A DNA stretch of 64,000 bases from Octopus sinensis (lineage: Eukaryota): positions 18,786,001 to 18,850,000 of the forward strand of contig NC_043006.1 of the NCBI RefSeq assembly GCF_006345805.1, written 5' to 3'. Under the pieces are notes generated by a model, which saw nothing but the letters and a program-made list of their open reading frames with translations, searched no databases and was not told the origin of the DNA. Below, one piece after another: positions 12,924 to 25,799 of this stretch (its first letter is position 1; each line of letters starts with the position of its first letter). A program made the translations under genes and the position numbers.

Positions 12924-14149
12924 CTACGATGCGTTCCAGTAACCACTGCTCTGTATGAATGGTGAAGACGGATACCATTTCACCATTTCAGCATGATACC
13001 AGCAAACCCAAATACTGCTTCAACAAAGCAGTTTCCTGCATGGACTTCAGCATCAAAGCATATTTTCCAGTTACCCCCACCAACCAAGCAGTAAGCCATT
13101 ACGCTTTATCTTTTCAAGTAATTCATTACTACATATTCTCAGTGCGGTTTGGGATATATGAGGACTATACAATGTGCGGAAGCATCGTTTGCAAGGTTTG
13201 GATGATTCTTTTATAAAAGCTGAGGGGTTGAGTAAACACCGAAGTAACTTACCAAAGAGATGACTAACAAAAGAAAAAAAAATTACACAAAATATGAAAA
13301 GTAAAGCAATGAGAATATACAAAGAAAAAACCCACCCACGCTTACAGCAACAACAAGCGGTGTATTTAGTATTTCACAAATAACAGCTTATGTACACCGC
13401 TTTAAAATAGTTCTTTTTCTAGCAAAAGGATGCCACTGCAACGCAAGCGATGTACTACTTCCGTCCAAACTCCATCAACTCATGTAACAGATAAAGTTCA
13501 GTTATCGAGAATATCGGTTTACAAATATAAGTGGTGTAAATGAAATTTGGATTTGAACTTAAATTTGATTCCCTGCATTGTTACTGATTTATATTTTTGA
13601 TATATGATCCCAGTTCTAGGACAAGAAACAACTTTCTTCTCAAACCAAATTTAAGATACAAAAATTGCCTTAAATCTGAGCTGTCAAAACTTTTCCCCAA
13701 AGCTTCTTACGAGCACAGCGATGTCAAAATACCGGTGTATCAGAGTGCCCTCTCGCTAATGAATCGAGTTTTTGGAACAAACATTCGTCTTACAGAAGAC
13801 AAATGTGATTTCGTCTGTTGTGTTTCGTCATGAACAAAACGAAGCAGCGATTAGCATTGTCACGTTCAAATATGCCGGAGCGAATTAAGAATAAATATGC
13901 ACGTCATCGATTTTATTCTCGTTGTTCTCCGTGCATATAATGATATATTTATACATAAAACAATTTACATAAATATTATGTGTATTAAAATAATTACGAA
14001 TGCGGAAGTTAATCTATCTCAAATTAATAGCAATGTTTAGAATTTCACTATATGAAGGAAATGGTAAATGCTACTCTTCTGTTCTTAACAAGGAATACTT
14101 AGAGGATATTCTCATATTCTGTAGCGGAACATATTTGTATATTGATAAC

Positions 14150-15000
14150 ATTAATTTCTGCTAATGTTACAGATTATTATCTGTAACTAGCGGAAAGGGA
14201 AGATGTAGAAATAATAATACCGGAGAAAATATGATAATCTTGCTTTAGATTCTCTTTATAGTTAATTATATAGTTATACAATTTTACATAGCTAGCGTTG
14301 CCTGTAGTTCGTTCAATATCCGTAAAATTAGCACCACTAATAATTCTAGATCGATGTAATCGAATAGCTTGTGTGCCTAGAATTCCAACTACATATTGTT
14401 CCATTCTATAATTACGAGGAAATAGAGAATGTTGACTGGCAGAAACAACAGTGTTTGAATGAAATTAGCTCGTGTCTACCTTATTGGACCGAATCGTATT
14501 AAGGCCGTATCTTCTTTATATGTATCTCTAGTTCCACTAAATATATCCGAATCAAAGACAAGTTAACTTAGAATTGTTTCCTCCTTTAGCCCAATGATTA
14601 ATTATATAGAATTATATAGAACTCTGTAAGCTAGTTTCTATGGGTTCTATCCCCAGGAATCTTGACAAAGTCATCAGTATCGTTACCATTCTATAAAAAT
14701 ATTTATTCCAATACTTACTTGTGAAATCAATGACAAATCTATCGCGATGCTTTCTTAGGACAAAGCTAATTACTGTGCCATCCACTATACGCTTCCTTAA
14801 ATTTTATTTCTTTGTTAATCTTATTGACTCTTCCGTAATATTTGTTTTTCTTTAGAGCGGCCTACAATAATTGCTTGACGATGGTTTCCGTCAAATCCTT
14901 TATAATTTACTCAGTAATGTGGTCCCTCTCAGCTTTTAGTATTGGTAAAAATCGTTTAGCATCTAATAAAAGTTTCCTGACGATATGTAGTTTTCAATGT
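14150..15000 (-). mobile_element. Possible heavily decayed Penelope-type RT
   Basis: Only traces are visible: a DGT motif, W*RY-DD with a small deletion, and QAIRLHRS resembling SQAxRxxRICS. Confidence 0.3.
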
Positions 15001-15399
15001 AGTTTATACAACCAGAAATTGTGAAAGTATTTTCTACTTAACTAATGGAAAAGCAAAACTATATCTAGATACAATCTAGATGACCCAATTGTGGTTTCAT
15101 GTAGAATATATTTTGCAAATCAAATTCTTAAGAGATTCTTGAAACTGCATATGTTTTCAAATCTCCTCTCACTTTCCTCAGCTTCTCTCACTCAATTACA
15201 GTTTTTGACATAATACAAATCCAAGATCAAGATGTTCTTCAGAATGCATATGGACGCGAAGGCAGGTCTTTCAGTGTTGTATGAGGGCTCGAAAAGGTTC
15301 AGAAACATGAAGAATATAGATTAGTAGATTACCCTCTTCTAGGAGAGGAACAATCGAAAGAAACAAAAACAAAATGTGACTTGTAGAAAGACACTTACA

Positions 15400-15900
15400 G
15401 ACTTACAAAACAGGCGTGTGACGAAGAGCATCCAAATTTTTACAAGAAACGAAAGTAAAAGAAACTAATTACGTCTGATGAAAAGTGAGAAGAGACATTT
15501 AGTGTGGCATTAGATTTGAGGCCAAGAGAACCATACCATGAGATGAATGTGGACAAGTTGTAGCTGTGGGAGGTTGAACTACAGACTAGCGGTACGGTAG
15601 GGCAAACGGGAATCTCTTACAGACAATCCAGTTATTGTCTGGGGATGGTTTGTGTCCGATTCATACAGTGCACTATCACACTAGTGATTTGCATAAAGAT
15701 GTACATGCCAAACATAAGAAGAATGCTAAAGAAATCTGTCAGTTCTCACCAATATTTATCAATTGTCAATTTTGAAACGAAAATTTTGATGCGTATATTC
15801 GATAATGATGGATTTTATTATGAAGGGCAGATTTGAAGACACAATTATGCAGAGAAAATCAAACCTCCTGGATGCATTGAGCATGTACAGATGACCTATT
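15400..15900 (+). mobile_element. Possible decayed Mutator-like transposase
   Basis: DNDGFYY...KIKPPGCIEHVQ resembles the GDGDS...ECIGHVQKR motif. The rest is degenerate. Confidence 0.3.
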
Positions 15901-16149
15901 AATCCATTCAGTAGAGTAAGAGGTATAATGAAATGTGTATACTATCTAGTTCGATTTAGTTAATTCAAATTATGCAGTTCACTTCAAGTTCTTTGGGTTG
16001 TGGAGGTGGCTGATGATATGCAGCAGAACTACTTATATCAGTATAAAATAAGGTTTACTGCAGACAATTATATGAAGAAGTTGTACTTCCTGAAGCTGGT
16101 GATCCTCGTGAGATGTCCGTTTTGCTATTGCTTTGTTTGACGGCGATGG

Positions 16150-17250
16150 AGACTGACTTTTAAGTTGCAAATCATATTGAATGTTCGCTACTCAAGAATG
16201 GAGTTGTGGAGATGCTAACAAGAGATGTCCTGAGAGATTTGAGAATTCTGCCAAGTGAGAAACAACACGTTGAGAGAGATTTTGAGAAAGTTTGAGAACT
16301 TGATTTCATGGCAAAGTTTGAATTTAAGGTGAATAAGAGAGTAGAAGTGTGTCTCTCAAAAAGTATGATGATGGGTAAGCGATGTCAGATAAATTGAGAG
16401 AGCATCGTTTAAGATACATTGTCAACCAGATCGACAGGCTTATCAACTTTGGTGCATGGATTCAGGAGCGACTAAACGAGCGACTTAAGCAAATCAGTAA
16501 AACACAGGTTCCTGGAAAGGCAAAGCTCTGGTGCTGAGAACATGGATTGCAAGCAATAAATTGCATTTACAAAGGTTAGTGCATGCAACAAGTTAATGTT
16601 TGCTAAAAGATCAAACTGTTAGTTCCACGAATGTTGCCCGATGTTGTTTTATTTAGCAGTTCAGGAAAATTACGTTTGAAAATTACGTATGTAGTCGAAG
16701 AATTTAAAGTGGGTAAGGTACACATGTTTATGCTCAGGGATTCAGGTGAAAATTTTTGCCAAAATGTGGCCTCTAATTTTCAATAAGTGTCTATAGGGAA
16801 TGCTAAAGAGCTAAGAGGGGGAACACAGCCTTGGCAGATGTGTCTCCAGTTATGATAGCAGAAGCATGGTCTAAAAATTGGTTAATAGTATGACACAGAA
16901 ACGTAATCTCGACAAACAACGCTTGAAGTATATATGAACACTAGAGATATGAGTAAATAATTGCTCCCAGTTATATTTAGGTAAAATGCACTGGCATTTA
17001 GGGAAGAAATATAGGAAATGCCATTTTTCAGTAATGCATTAGAGACATATGTTAGGAGAGTCTCATGTTAAGCACTTTCATTACCTGCCACTATTAGAAA
17101 GTGGTGTTATGGGATACTTCTGACTGTAATCGATTCGGAAACTATTCGTCGGTGGAACATATATTTTGTAGTGTGCGAGGAGAAAGTTAAAGAAGTGAGA
17201 TGAGTGGTATTAGAGACTTCTGTTGTGAGAAGTGAGTCCAGTCATGGATC
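16150..17250 (-). mobile_element. Possible decayed CR1/L2-type LINE ORF2
   Basis: There are scattered motif remnants (a KASGPDG-like segment and a ...PW...I..GM..IP-like segment) but no open frame. Confidence 0.3.
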
Positions 17251-17809
17251 AAAATATTAAATCATAAGTTCCCAGTACGCATTAGATTTACACTGCCCGA
17301 CTCGCTATATCGAAGAATTAAGGAATTAAGACAGAAAACGTGTTAGGAGTTATTTAACTGTTTCTGTTCATTTTCATAGATACTTTATTTTTTTCATTAT
17401 GAATGTCCTGACATAAAACTTAAAAACTAAAACTTTTCACTAGCAATTTACATTTTCAAGGATTTGACAAACACTATTTGCACTAGATCTGAAAGCTTTA
17501 GCTCAAAGAATATCTCGGAAATTTCCATTTTTCTGAAACAGATTTAATTCTATTATCGCAGCAGCTTTTATAAAGAAAAACAAACAACTTTTCAGTTATT
17601 TTCTTATTCTTATTCGTCACTTCTTTTCTTTTTCGTAGCTAGAATTTTAAGAGTATAGCACTAATCCCGATAAAAGCCTGTTAGTATTTGCCATAATTCC
17701 CAATGAGTGCATGTTAACAAATAACTTTGAGTTTGTACTTTTATAATATTGAGAAAGCAAGTTCATGTACTTTTATGTATGTATATCTATATGTGTGTAT
17801 TCATATATA

Positions 17810-17811
<2 letters not shown>

Positions 17812-17845
<34 letters not shown>

Positions 17846-17874
17846 GATTATTATTATTATTATTATTATTATTA

Positions 17875-17944
<70 letters not shown>

Positions 17945-17970
17945 AATAATAATAATTATAATAATAATAA
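17812..17970. repeat. (TAT)n switching to (AAT)n microsatellite
   Basis: Direct reading. The strand switch makes it an imperfect inverted repeat. Confidence 0.97.
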
Positions 17971-18073
17971 TAAATTTCAGGGTAGTAAAATATTATTCAG
18001 AAATCTTTTTTACCACCTAGCATGTAGAAAAACTAGTCGATAGACTATATATTATTCATTATATATATACAGT

Positions 18074-18275
18074 GTACATTTAAACACATAAGAGATGGCC
18101 ATAATCAGCCATCCAAACCGTTAGAAAGAGTAGTTAAAATCCAAAACCACAATTAGGAGTAATTTGAAAAGGGAAAGAAAAATAGAAACATTTACCATCT
18201 ACTTCTTGGACTATGGTTTCGAGCTATCTCGAAACCATGTCCGATTATGGCCATCTCTTATGTGTTTAAACGTAC
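18074..18275. repeat. Fold-back element between (TA)n tracts with an internal hairpin containing the GAAAC/GTC half of a hammerhead
   Basis: 18074-18108 is inverted relative to 18241-18275. The hairpin ggactatggtttcgag-ctat-ctcgaaaccatgtcc lies at 18208-18242. Confidence 0.8.
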
Positions 18276-18382
<107 letters not shown>

Positions 18383-18394
18383 ATATACTTGGCC

Positions 18395-19163
18395 TTCCAT
18401 TGCATACACTGTCCATCCAGGGCTTAACAATTATTTCCAGGACCTTATTGTAGGCGGCAGAGTTAACTCTAAGGCCTTGTGGAAAGACGTAAGGAGGCAT
18501 CACATGCCCTTCATTGCTGACAACCTGTAAAACAATGCCAGTTGCAGGAAATTTTGTATACATAACAATTGGAACTTCAGAATGGTCTGCACATAACCAT
18601 CAGTCATTTATCTGTTACCTTTTTGAGCTTTTTGATCTCGTTTGAGAAAAGCCAAAATTAAATCTTCTTTTGCTGGATTTTTTAGTTTGTTTAAGAGCCT
18701 TTTAAATTCGATGTAGTGATTTTCCAGTGCTTTTTCTGAGAACTTGACCCTTCATCATCATATAAGATGTCATTGTGGATAGAATTTCTAACTGTTCCTT
18801 CTGACACATGGAGAGCTTTTGCAATTGATCTCAAGGACTTTCTGGGATTGTAATCAATGGTCTATTGAACTTGCAGGATAAATTCTGGTTTTCTGAATGC
18901 GTTTTGTACTTTGATGTTGGTGATATGTTTCTAGCATCAGTTTCTAGCTCCTTTCAAATTTTGTAGGCGAAAGATCTAGCAATCGAAATATGCCTAAATC
19001 GCTATGCTTATCCTTTATAACCACAATAACAGCATGTCTCTTCATTTCTGAAGTAAGCTAGGGGTCTGCCATTATTATTTTCTGAAACAAAGATTATACA
19101 GAGTTAGCAAAAAATGCAGCAGTGACCCAAAAAGTTATGTCCTCAAATACCTTATGCACCTTG
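18395..19163 (-). mobile_element. Tc1/mariner superfamily, maT/DD37D-like transposase remnant with 5' terminus
   Basis: MKRHAVIV...SIAKALHVSEGTVR...WLFSNE...TKFPAT...VVSNEGHVMPP..FPQGLRVNSAAY..VL...VKPW...NGRP. The terminus is TA|CAAGGTGCATAAGG at 19165. The 3' part is lost at a (TA)n tract. Confidence 0.85.
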
Positions 19164-19275
19164 TATATACATACATACACACACACGCATCTGTCTATGT
19201 TTAATGTATGTATGCATATAGGTATGTATATACGGTATATGTACGCATGTATGTATATAGGAAGGTAGGTAGGTA

Positions 19276-19511
19276 GGCGAGCTGGCAGAAACATTAGCAC
19301 GCCGGGCAAAATGCTTAGTGGTATTTCGTCTGTCGTTACGTTCTAAGTTCAAATTCCGCCGAGGTCGACTTTACCTTTCATCTTTTCGGGGTCGATAAAT
19401 AAAGTACCAGTTACACACTGGGGTCAATGTAATCGAGTTAATACCTATGTCTGTCCTTGTTTGTCCCTTAGTCCCCTCTATGTTTAGCCCCTTGTGGGTA
19501 ATAAAGAAATA
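19276..19511 (+). mobile_element. tRNA-derived SINE family A (tail A1), inserted in (AGGT)n
   Basis: ggcgagctggcagaa...aagttcaaattccgccgaggtcgac...gggtaataaagaaata, with a B-box-like GTTCAAATTCC. Confidence 0.92.
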
Positions 19512-20068
19512 GATAGGTAGGTTGGTAGGTAGGTAGGTAGGTAGGTAGGTAGGTAGGTAGGTAGGTAGGTTCTATAAAGCAGAACCATAAAATAATTGTT
19601 GACATGTGTGTGACTGCGTATATATCTATTTGCGCTATGTTAATCATATTCCAATCATTGATTTTAAAAAGTACATTAATTTTTAAATGCTTATCCTCAA
19701 AACTACCTTCAGTTCTTACAAATAAATCATCTCAAGGTTTGACAGGCTATATATAAAAGAGTTGCTCGAAATAAGTTCTACAGGCTTGTTCGAAAGAGAG
19801 TATACCAGTTCTGGTATACTCTCGTTTGCCCAAACGACCTAAACATTAGCTTCAAGGTTCATCCAAGACTTGGACGACGGGCTATACGTCCCCTGCCCAA
19901 TTCAAGATCACAACATACATGTACACTGCAACATAATTTCTTTTCATCAACAGGCTCTGCCCTATTTAACATTGTCCCGAGGGAGATCAAAGAGGAAAAG
20001 GATCCCATCAACTTTAAACAGAGTCTGGATAGATTCCTTCAAAGAATACCAGATAAGCCACCCATAAT

Positions 20069-20154
20069 TGGATACAACTCACCCAACAAGAACTCACTAC
20101 TTGAAAAAAACTGGATACAACTCACCCAACAAGAACTCACTACTTGAACAAAAC
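20069..20154. repeat. 43-bp tandem duplication
   Basis: tggatacaactcacccaacaagaactcactacttgaa occurs at 20069 and 20112. Confidence 0.92.
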
Positions 20155-20299
20155 TTGACTCAAACAAAACTTGACTTAAACAGGATTCGAATAATCCTAT
20201 CAGGTGGTGCTATTAAGTTAGACATGGCCTGGACCAATCTTTGGTCGAAACATATCTAAGTTTATCTAAGTCTAAGTTTATGTGTGGCCATTATTGAGG

Positions 20300-21400
20300 T
20301 AAATGTCTTTCATAGAATGTTGGCAAGATGAATGTAACCTTGAAATGAATAAGCTCATGAATTCATCTGCTCAGAAAACCGATTTTCTGGATTGATGGGA
20401 TTGATTTGAGCAAAATCAGACGGTTTTGATTTCTGTTTAACTTGCTAACAAAAAGAAGAAATTATCATCAAAGTGTCTTCTTGATCGAGCAAATTGATAT
20501 GAATCTATTACTTACATCCTTATATGCAAAACATCGGATCTTCTAATCTAGTATCTTGCATCGAAATTCATGCAGTTTTCTACCAAAGATTTTACAACTA
20601 ACTAGCAGGAAGTAGAAATATGTATGCATTGTTTTATTGCTCCACACTATGTTGGCTATCTCGTTGGTAATGAACAGTGCAGGAAGCCATTCAGAAGGTT
20701 TGAAGATCAGAAAACAGCAGCTATTGACATCATTGACTGCTTTTATGGTTAACATTACAGCCATAAGCGATAGAAGAGAGGTACAACTTTCTTTAGCCAG
20801 GTTAAAGAACATAATGTAGAAATTCTGATTGTTTATCATCACCAAAATGTTTACAGTTTGGCCACCAAGTAGAATTAGATTAGGAGTTCCGTTTTGGAGG
20901 TACAACAGTGATCAGGAACAGGATCAGACAGTTAAGGGTATTTGCCATAGTACCTTTAAATTCACCGAGCAGGGTATTGTTATTGAAAACAAGTTGAGAT
21001 CGCATGTAACTGTCATTGCCAACTGTACTTAGGGAATTTCTGTCCAAGGTACAGTGTTATCAACATGTCCTTTCCTGGCATTCATATAGCTGTTCCAGAT
21101 AAATGAAATGCCGTTAATATAAGAGGAAGGAATGGAATGATATAAAATCAAGTTCTTACAGGAGTGGCCGTGTCTTCCTTGATAATTTAAATAAATCCTT
21201 CCAAATAGTGCCACATTAAAATTTCAACTATCATTAACATTACTTCTGAAAGAAGTTTGAATGGCGGCCTCTATTGCGTTATTGAGCCATAACATTGACC
21301 AACCTTGGAATGAAGTAGATGTAACATTTTGTGTAGAATACACTAGCTGGACTGAAACAGACACAGAAGCATTTACGCCAGAACTGAGGCATACGTCCGA
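20300..21400 (-). mobile_element. Possible decayed CR1/L2-type LINE fragment
   Basis: Weak motif remnants only (LILFLITVVP resembling LDLFLT; STWWPNC resembling a PW...C motif). Confidence 0.25.
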
Positions 21401-22148
21401 TATATTATGACAAAAAGAAATTCGCTAAATTGAATGCATTGAATTGGAAGCGCATGGTATATATAGGAGACAGTTCAGCACAGTGGAATTCTGTTGGGAA
21501 ATGCAACCAACTAGTATAGAATACGACGTCCTGCCAGAAAGTGCAGCTGTAATGATACAGCTGACTGTCATTGACGTGGATATTAATGTATCATTGTTAC
21601 ATATATATTATCAGCTATACCAGGCGGAATAGCTATGTTTTCAACACCTGGTTTTGAACTAAAATAGCAGTGAGGCATTACTGATGCGCCGAGAATCATC
21701 AAATTGCACCCTACCTTTTCTATAATATGGGCGATAAAGAACGATATATGATCATAAACTAAATAAGATCAAAGCCACACTCCCATATAGGGTAAAGGGT
21801 TGGAATGTGCTCGTGTATTCGAAGGGAGTGTCGGTGTTTCAACTTCATATTGCAATAATAATGCCACTCGTTGACATTGTGGCTTAATCTGATTGTTGAG
21901 TCAAAGGTCTTCGTAGAATACAAAAGGACGAGCTTGAAGCATAAGAAAGTTTAAGGAGCTATCTTAAATGCGAGAAAACAATGTAAGATACTACAAGTAG
22001 AAGTGAAACGCAGTGGATTTGCAGCAATATGTACAATCTACAAACATTTTGGCATTAGACGTAAGAGTGGGAAGAGAGCTGTGATTCGTATGCTATAGAC
22101 GAAAGATGCGTCTGCATCATCATAGATATGGCAGAAGTAGACAAAGGA

Positions 22149-22376
22149 GGCGAGCTAGCAGAAACGTTAGCACGCCGGGCGAAATGCGTAGCCGTATTTC
22201 CTCTGGCGTTACGTTCTGAGATCAAATTCCGCCGAGGTCGACTTTGCCTTACATTCTTTCGGGGTCGATAAATTAAGTACCAGTTACGCACTGGAGTCGA
22301 TGTGATCGACTTAATCCCTTTGTCTGTCCTTATTTTTCCCCTCTATGTTTAGCCCCTTGTGGGTAATAAAGAAATA
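22149..22376 (+). mobile_element. SINE family A (A1)
   Basis: Full-length match to the copy at 19276. Confidence 0.92.
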
Positions 22377-22412
22377 AGAAGTTGTCAAAGGAGAAGTAAA
22401 ATAATTTTTTTT

Positions 22413-22681
22413 TTATGTCCTCAAATACCTTATGCACCTTGTATACATACACACACACACACACACACACATATCTGTCTATGTTTAATGTATGTATGCA
22501 TATAGGTATGTATATACGGTTGTATGTACGCATGTATGTATATAGGAAGGTAGGTATGTAGGTAGGTAGATAGGTAGGTAGGTAAGTAAGGAGGTAGGTA
22601 GGTTCTATAAAGCAGAACCATAAAATAATTGTTGGCATGTGTGTGACTGCGTATATATCTATTTGCGCTATGTTAATCATA
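22413..22681 (+). repeat. Local duplicate of 19135-19648 lacking the SINE A insertion
   Basis: Both copies start ttatgtcctcaaataccttatgcaccttg and end ctatttgcgctatgttaatcata. Confidence 0.93.
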
Positions 22682-23099
22682 ATTTTTTTTTTGCTTTGTT
22701 ACGGCTTTATCTAGTGTAGTGTTGTGTGTGAAACGATAAGAAAAAGAAACAAAACAATGATAGGTTGTTGGTTATAGTAATAGTACTCGGTACAGCTGAA
22801 GGAACGTTCTTGTGTCGATGTAGTATTCTCCAGTCGACAATTGATGAACGGGATTTTTCCATATATCAAGTTCTATCTCAAATCCCAAACCACTCGTATA
22901 CGTTTATGTAACACCAAACATCAAACATCAAAACAAACACATACACATGTTTGTATGAATATATGTATGTATGCGTGTGTTTATGCATGTTTGTTTGTAT
23001 GCATGCATATATGTGTGGGAAGAAGGTTGCACCCCATCACATAGCTCCAAATTTTTGTGACTAGATGTGGTTTTATATATATATATATAAATATTAATC

Positions 23100-24643
23100 T
23101 AAAATATACTCTCCTTCATTTTGTACAATGTTCTTCCCTCTATCTGGTAGACTTGCAAGGCCCCTCCCAAGCTTCACTTGTCCGTGACAAAAAATACACC
23201 TCCACAACTGTTCTGACCTCGTCTACAGAATTCATATTTTTTCTGTCCAAATGATTTTGAACACTGCAGAATAAATGATAATCAGATGGGGCGATGTCCG
23301 GCGAAAATGGTGGGTGGGGCATAGTTTACCATTCAAACTGCTCCAGCCTTTGGAATGTCGTCCTCGCTGTATGTGGCCGAGCATTATCCTGATAGAACAA
23401 TACTTTTCGTCGTGAAACAAAAGATGGCCGTTTTTCTTCAAGCCCTGACTTAAGCTTCTCCAGCTGTTCGCAGTAGATCTCCTTAGTTATCGTTCTTTTT
23501 TTTGGGGGGGGGGGTAAAAGTTCAAAATGGACTAAACCTTTCATATCCTAACAACCAGATAACAACAGCTTACGTCGGTGAAGACATTCTTTGGCTTGGG
23601 GTGCCGGTGCCTCTCCTTTCCTACTCACTATCTTCGGTGCTTCACATTTTTTATAGAAAACCCGTTTCTCGTCACCAGTCACTATTCGGTCGAAAAAGGG
23701 TTCATTCGTGAGACGGGACAGCACAGAACACCACACATTCATTCTCTGCGCGCGATTAGATTCGGAAAGTTTGTGAAGAACTCACTGACCCAATTTGCTG
23801 ACTTTTCCGATGGCCTCCCAGGTGTCGATGAATGGTTGAATGACCAAATCCAAGCTTCTCAGCTAGTTCCTCGACAGTTACGATGGGATTTTCCCCCCAG
23901 AGTTTGCAGGATATCCCCGACGATCTCTACAGATCTTCCAGGACGAGGCCGGTCTCCTAGGTTGTAGTTTCCGGCTCGGAATTTCTGGAACCACTGTTGA
24001 CACTGGCTTACGCTTATTGTCCGATCCTCATATGCTGCATTACTATTCCTCGCACTTAAAGGCAATAAATTCCTATTTCTTTATTACCCACAAGGGGCTA
24101 AACATAGAGGGGACAAACAAGGACAGACATAGGTATTAAGTCGATCACATCGACCCCAGTGCGTAACTGGTACTTAATTTATCGACCCCGAAAGGATGAA
24201 AGGCAAAGTCGACCTCGGCGGAATTTGAACTCAGAACGTAGCGGCAGACGAAATACCGCTAAGCATTTCGTCCGGCGCGCTAACGTTTTTGCCAGCTCGC
24301 CGCAATAAATTCCGTTGCATTTATTGCCTTTATTGAACACATAAAGCAAAATATGCTGATATATACTTCAGAGAGTGAATGTGTGCTGTTCTTTGTTGTT
24401 ATGTTTCTCGAATGAACTCTTTTTCGACAGAATAGTGACTGGTGACTGGTCTCTTCCATTATGACTTTGAAAAAAGTAACTGTTAAACTCGAACTGCACT
24501 CTTCAGAATTTGCCCTAAGAATATGTACAAAGTAAAATTTCTACCTGCTTTTATATAAAGTTGATGCAGGTAGTTTATCCCGTTCTCCTCCGACTTTTAG
24601 TTCATGCGATTGAAAAAATCATATTATTTATGAGACGATCCAA
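23100..24643 (-). mobile_element. Mariner (DD34D) transposon relic interrupted by SINE A
   Basis: WFQKFRAGNYNLGDRPRPGR, DRIVTGDEK, DMKGLVHFELL, YQDNARPH and PHPPFSPDIAPSDYHLF are present with frameshifts. A candidate terminus TA|TTGGATCGTCTCATAAAT lies at 24643. Confidence 0.92.
24074..24301 (-). mobile_element. SINE family A (A1) with 12-bp target-site duplication
   Basis: gcaataaattcc occurs at 24062-24073 and 24302-24313. Confidence 0.95.
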
Positions 24644-24706
24644 TATATATATGTGTGCGTGTGTGCGTGTGTGTGTGTGTGTGTGCGTGTGTGTGTGTGT
24701 ATGTGT

Positions 24707-24746
<40 letters not shown>

Positions 24747-25799
24747 CGTACACTTTCTTTTGTCTTTGTCTTAGATATCCAAAATAAATTTATGTACTTA
24801 TTTTCTTAACATATGTATTGTAATTGTTTTTTAGTCTTCATCATTAAATACCTAGAACTTTCCATTTAATGATGCAAAAACTTTTTTTCTGTTAGAAGAA
24901 AGTCTTTGTTACAACTATGTTCGGCATTTATATTTTCTTTCAATTTTATTTCTATGAATTACTTCATACCGTTTGCATTTAAGTATCATGATTCTGCTGC
25001 GAAAGTTTTGCTGTTTATGTTGTGTAAGTAATTTTTTCCTTTTAAATTTTCAGAATTTTATTGATGCTTTTGTCGCATAATAATTTACTGTATTCACTTA
25101 GATATCATTCTTTTCTTTCTCAGATCCTACCGTTTGATGTTTCGAAATGTATAAATTACAATTCATAATTTCCGGTTATATTCATTTCATTTTTTTTAAA
25201 ATGTCAGTGAGAGAATCGTTTCAAGTAATATTTTCATTTGTCTTAAAAATTGCTGACTTCATAGCTGAGTTTCCTTTTCAAATTTAGAAATTCCTGTGAA
25301 TTCATGTCTATAAATCATTGTTATTGTTAACGAAATGTAATACAGAGCATAGTTATAATTACCGCTAACCTTTCAATTGAAATTTCGTACCTTCTGGTAT
25401 TTGCAATTTGGTTATTCGAAGATTATAAATTTCAGTTTATAACTTTCGGTTAGAGTCCGCATGTTTTTTCTTTTCTCTTTTCTTCTTTTCTCCTTCTTTA
25501 ACGCTTCAGGCTTCATGTTTAGGAAAAAGCCAATGATTTGTTCACTAAATTTATATGACATATGTACTCTTACATTTCACTGAAATACATTAACGAACAG
25601 CAGGTATTCACTCATAGTAAATTGCTTCTGAAAGAAATAATGTTCTGCACTTACCACGTTATATTTTATCTTAATCTGAAATAAGGTCGTCCTCCACAAC
25701 TAAATGTTTGCTCGTTTCACATAATCAGACTGATCTACCATCGACAGTTATTTAAATATTTCTTTTAATGTTCAATCATTGTTATTTAGGGTTCATGTG

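Noticed and set aside
20069-20154. Direct repeats as a possible CRISPR-like array
   Set aside because: It is a simple two-copy tandem duplication without unique spacers, in eukaryotic DNA.
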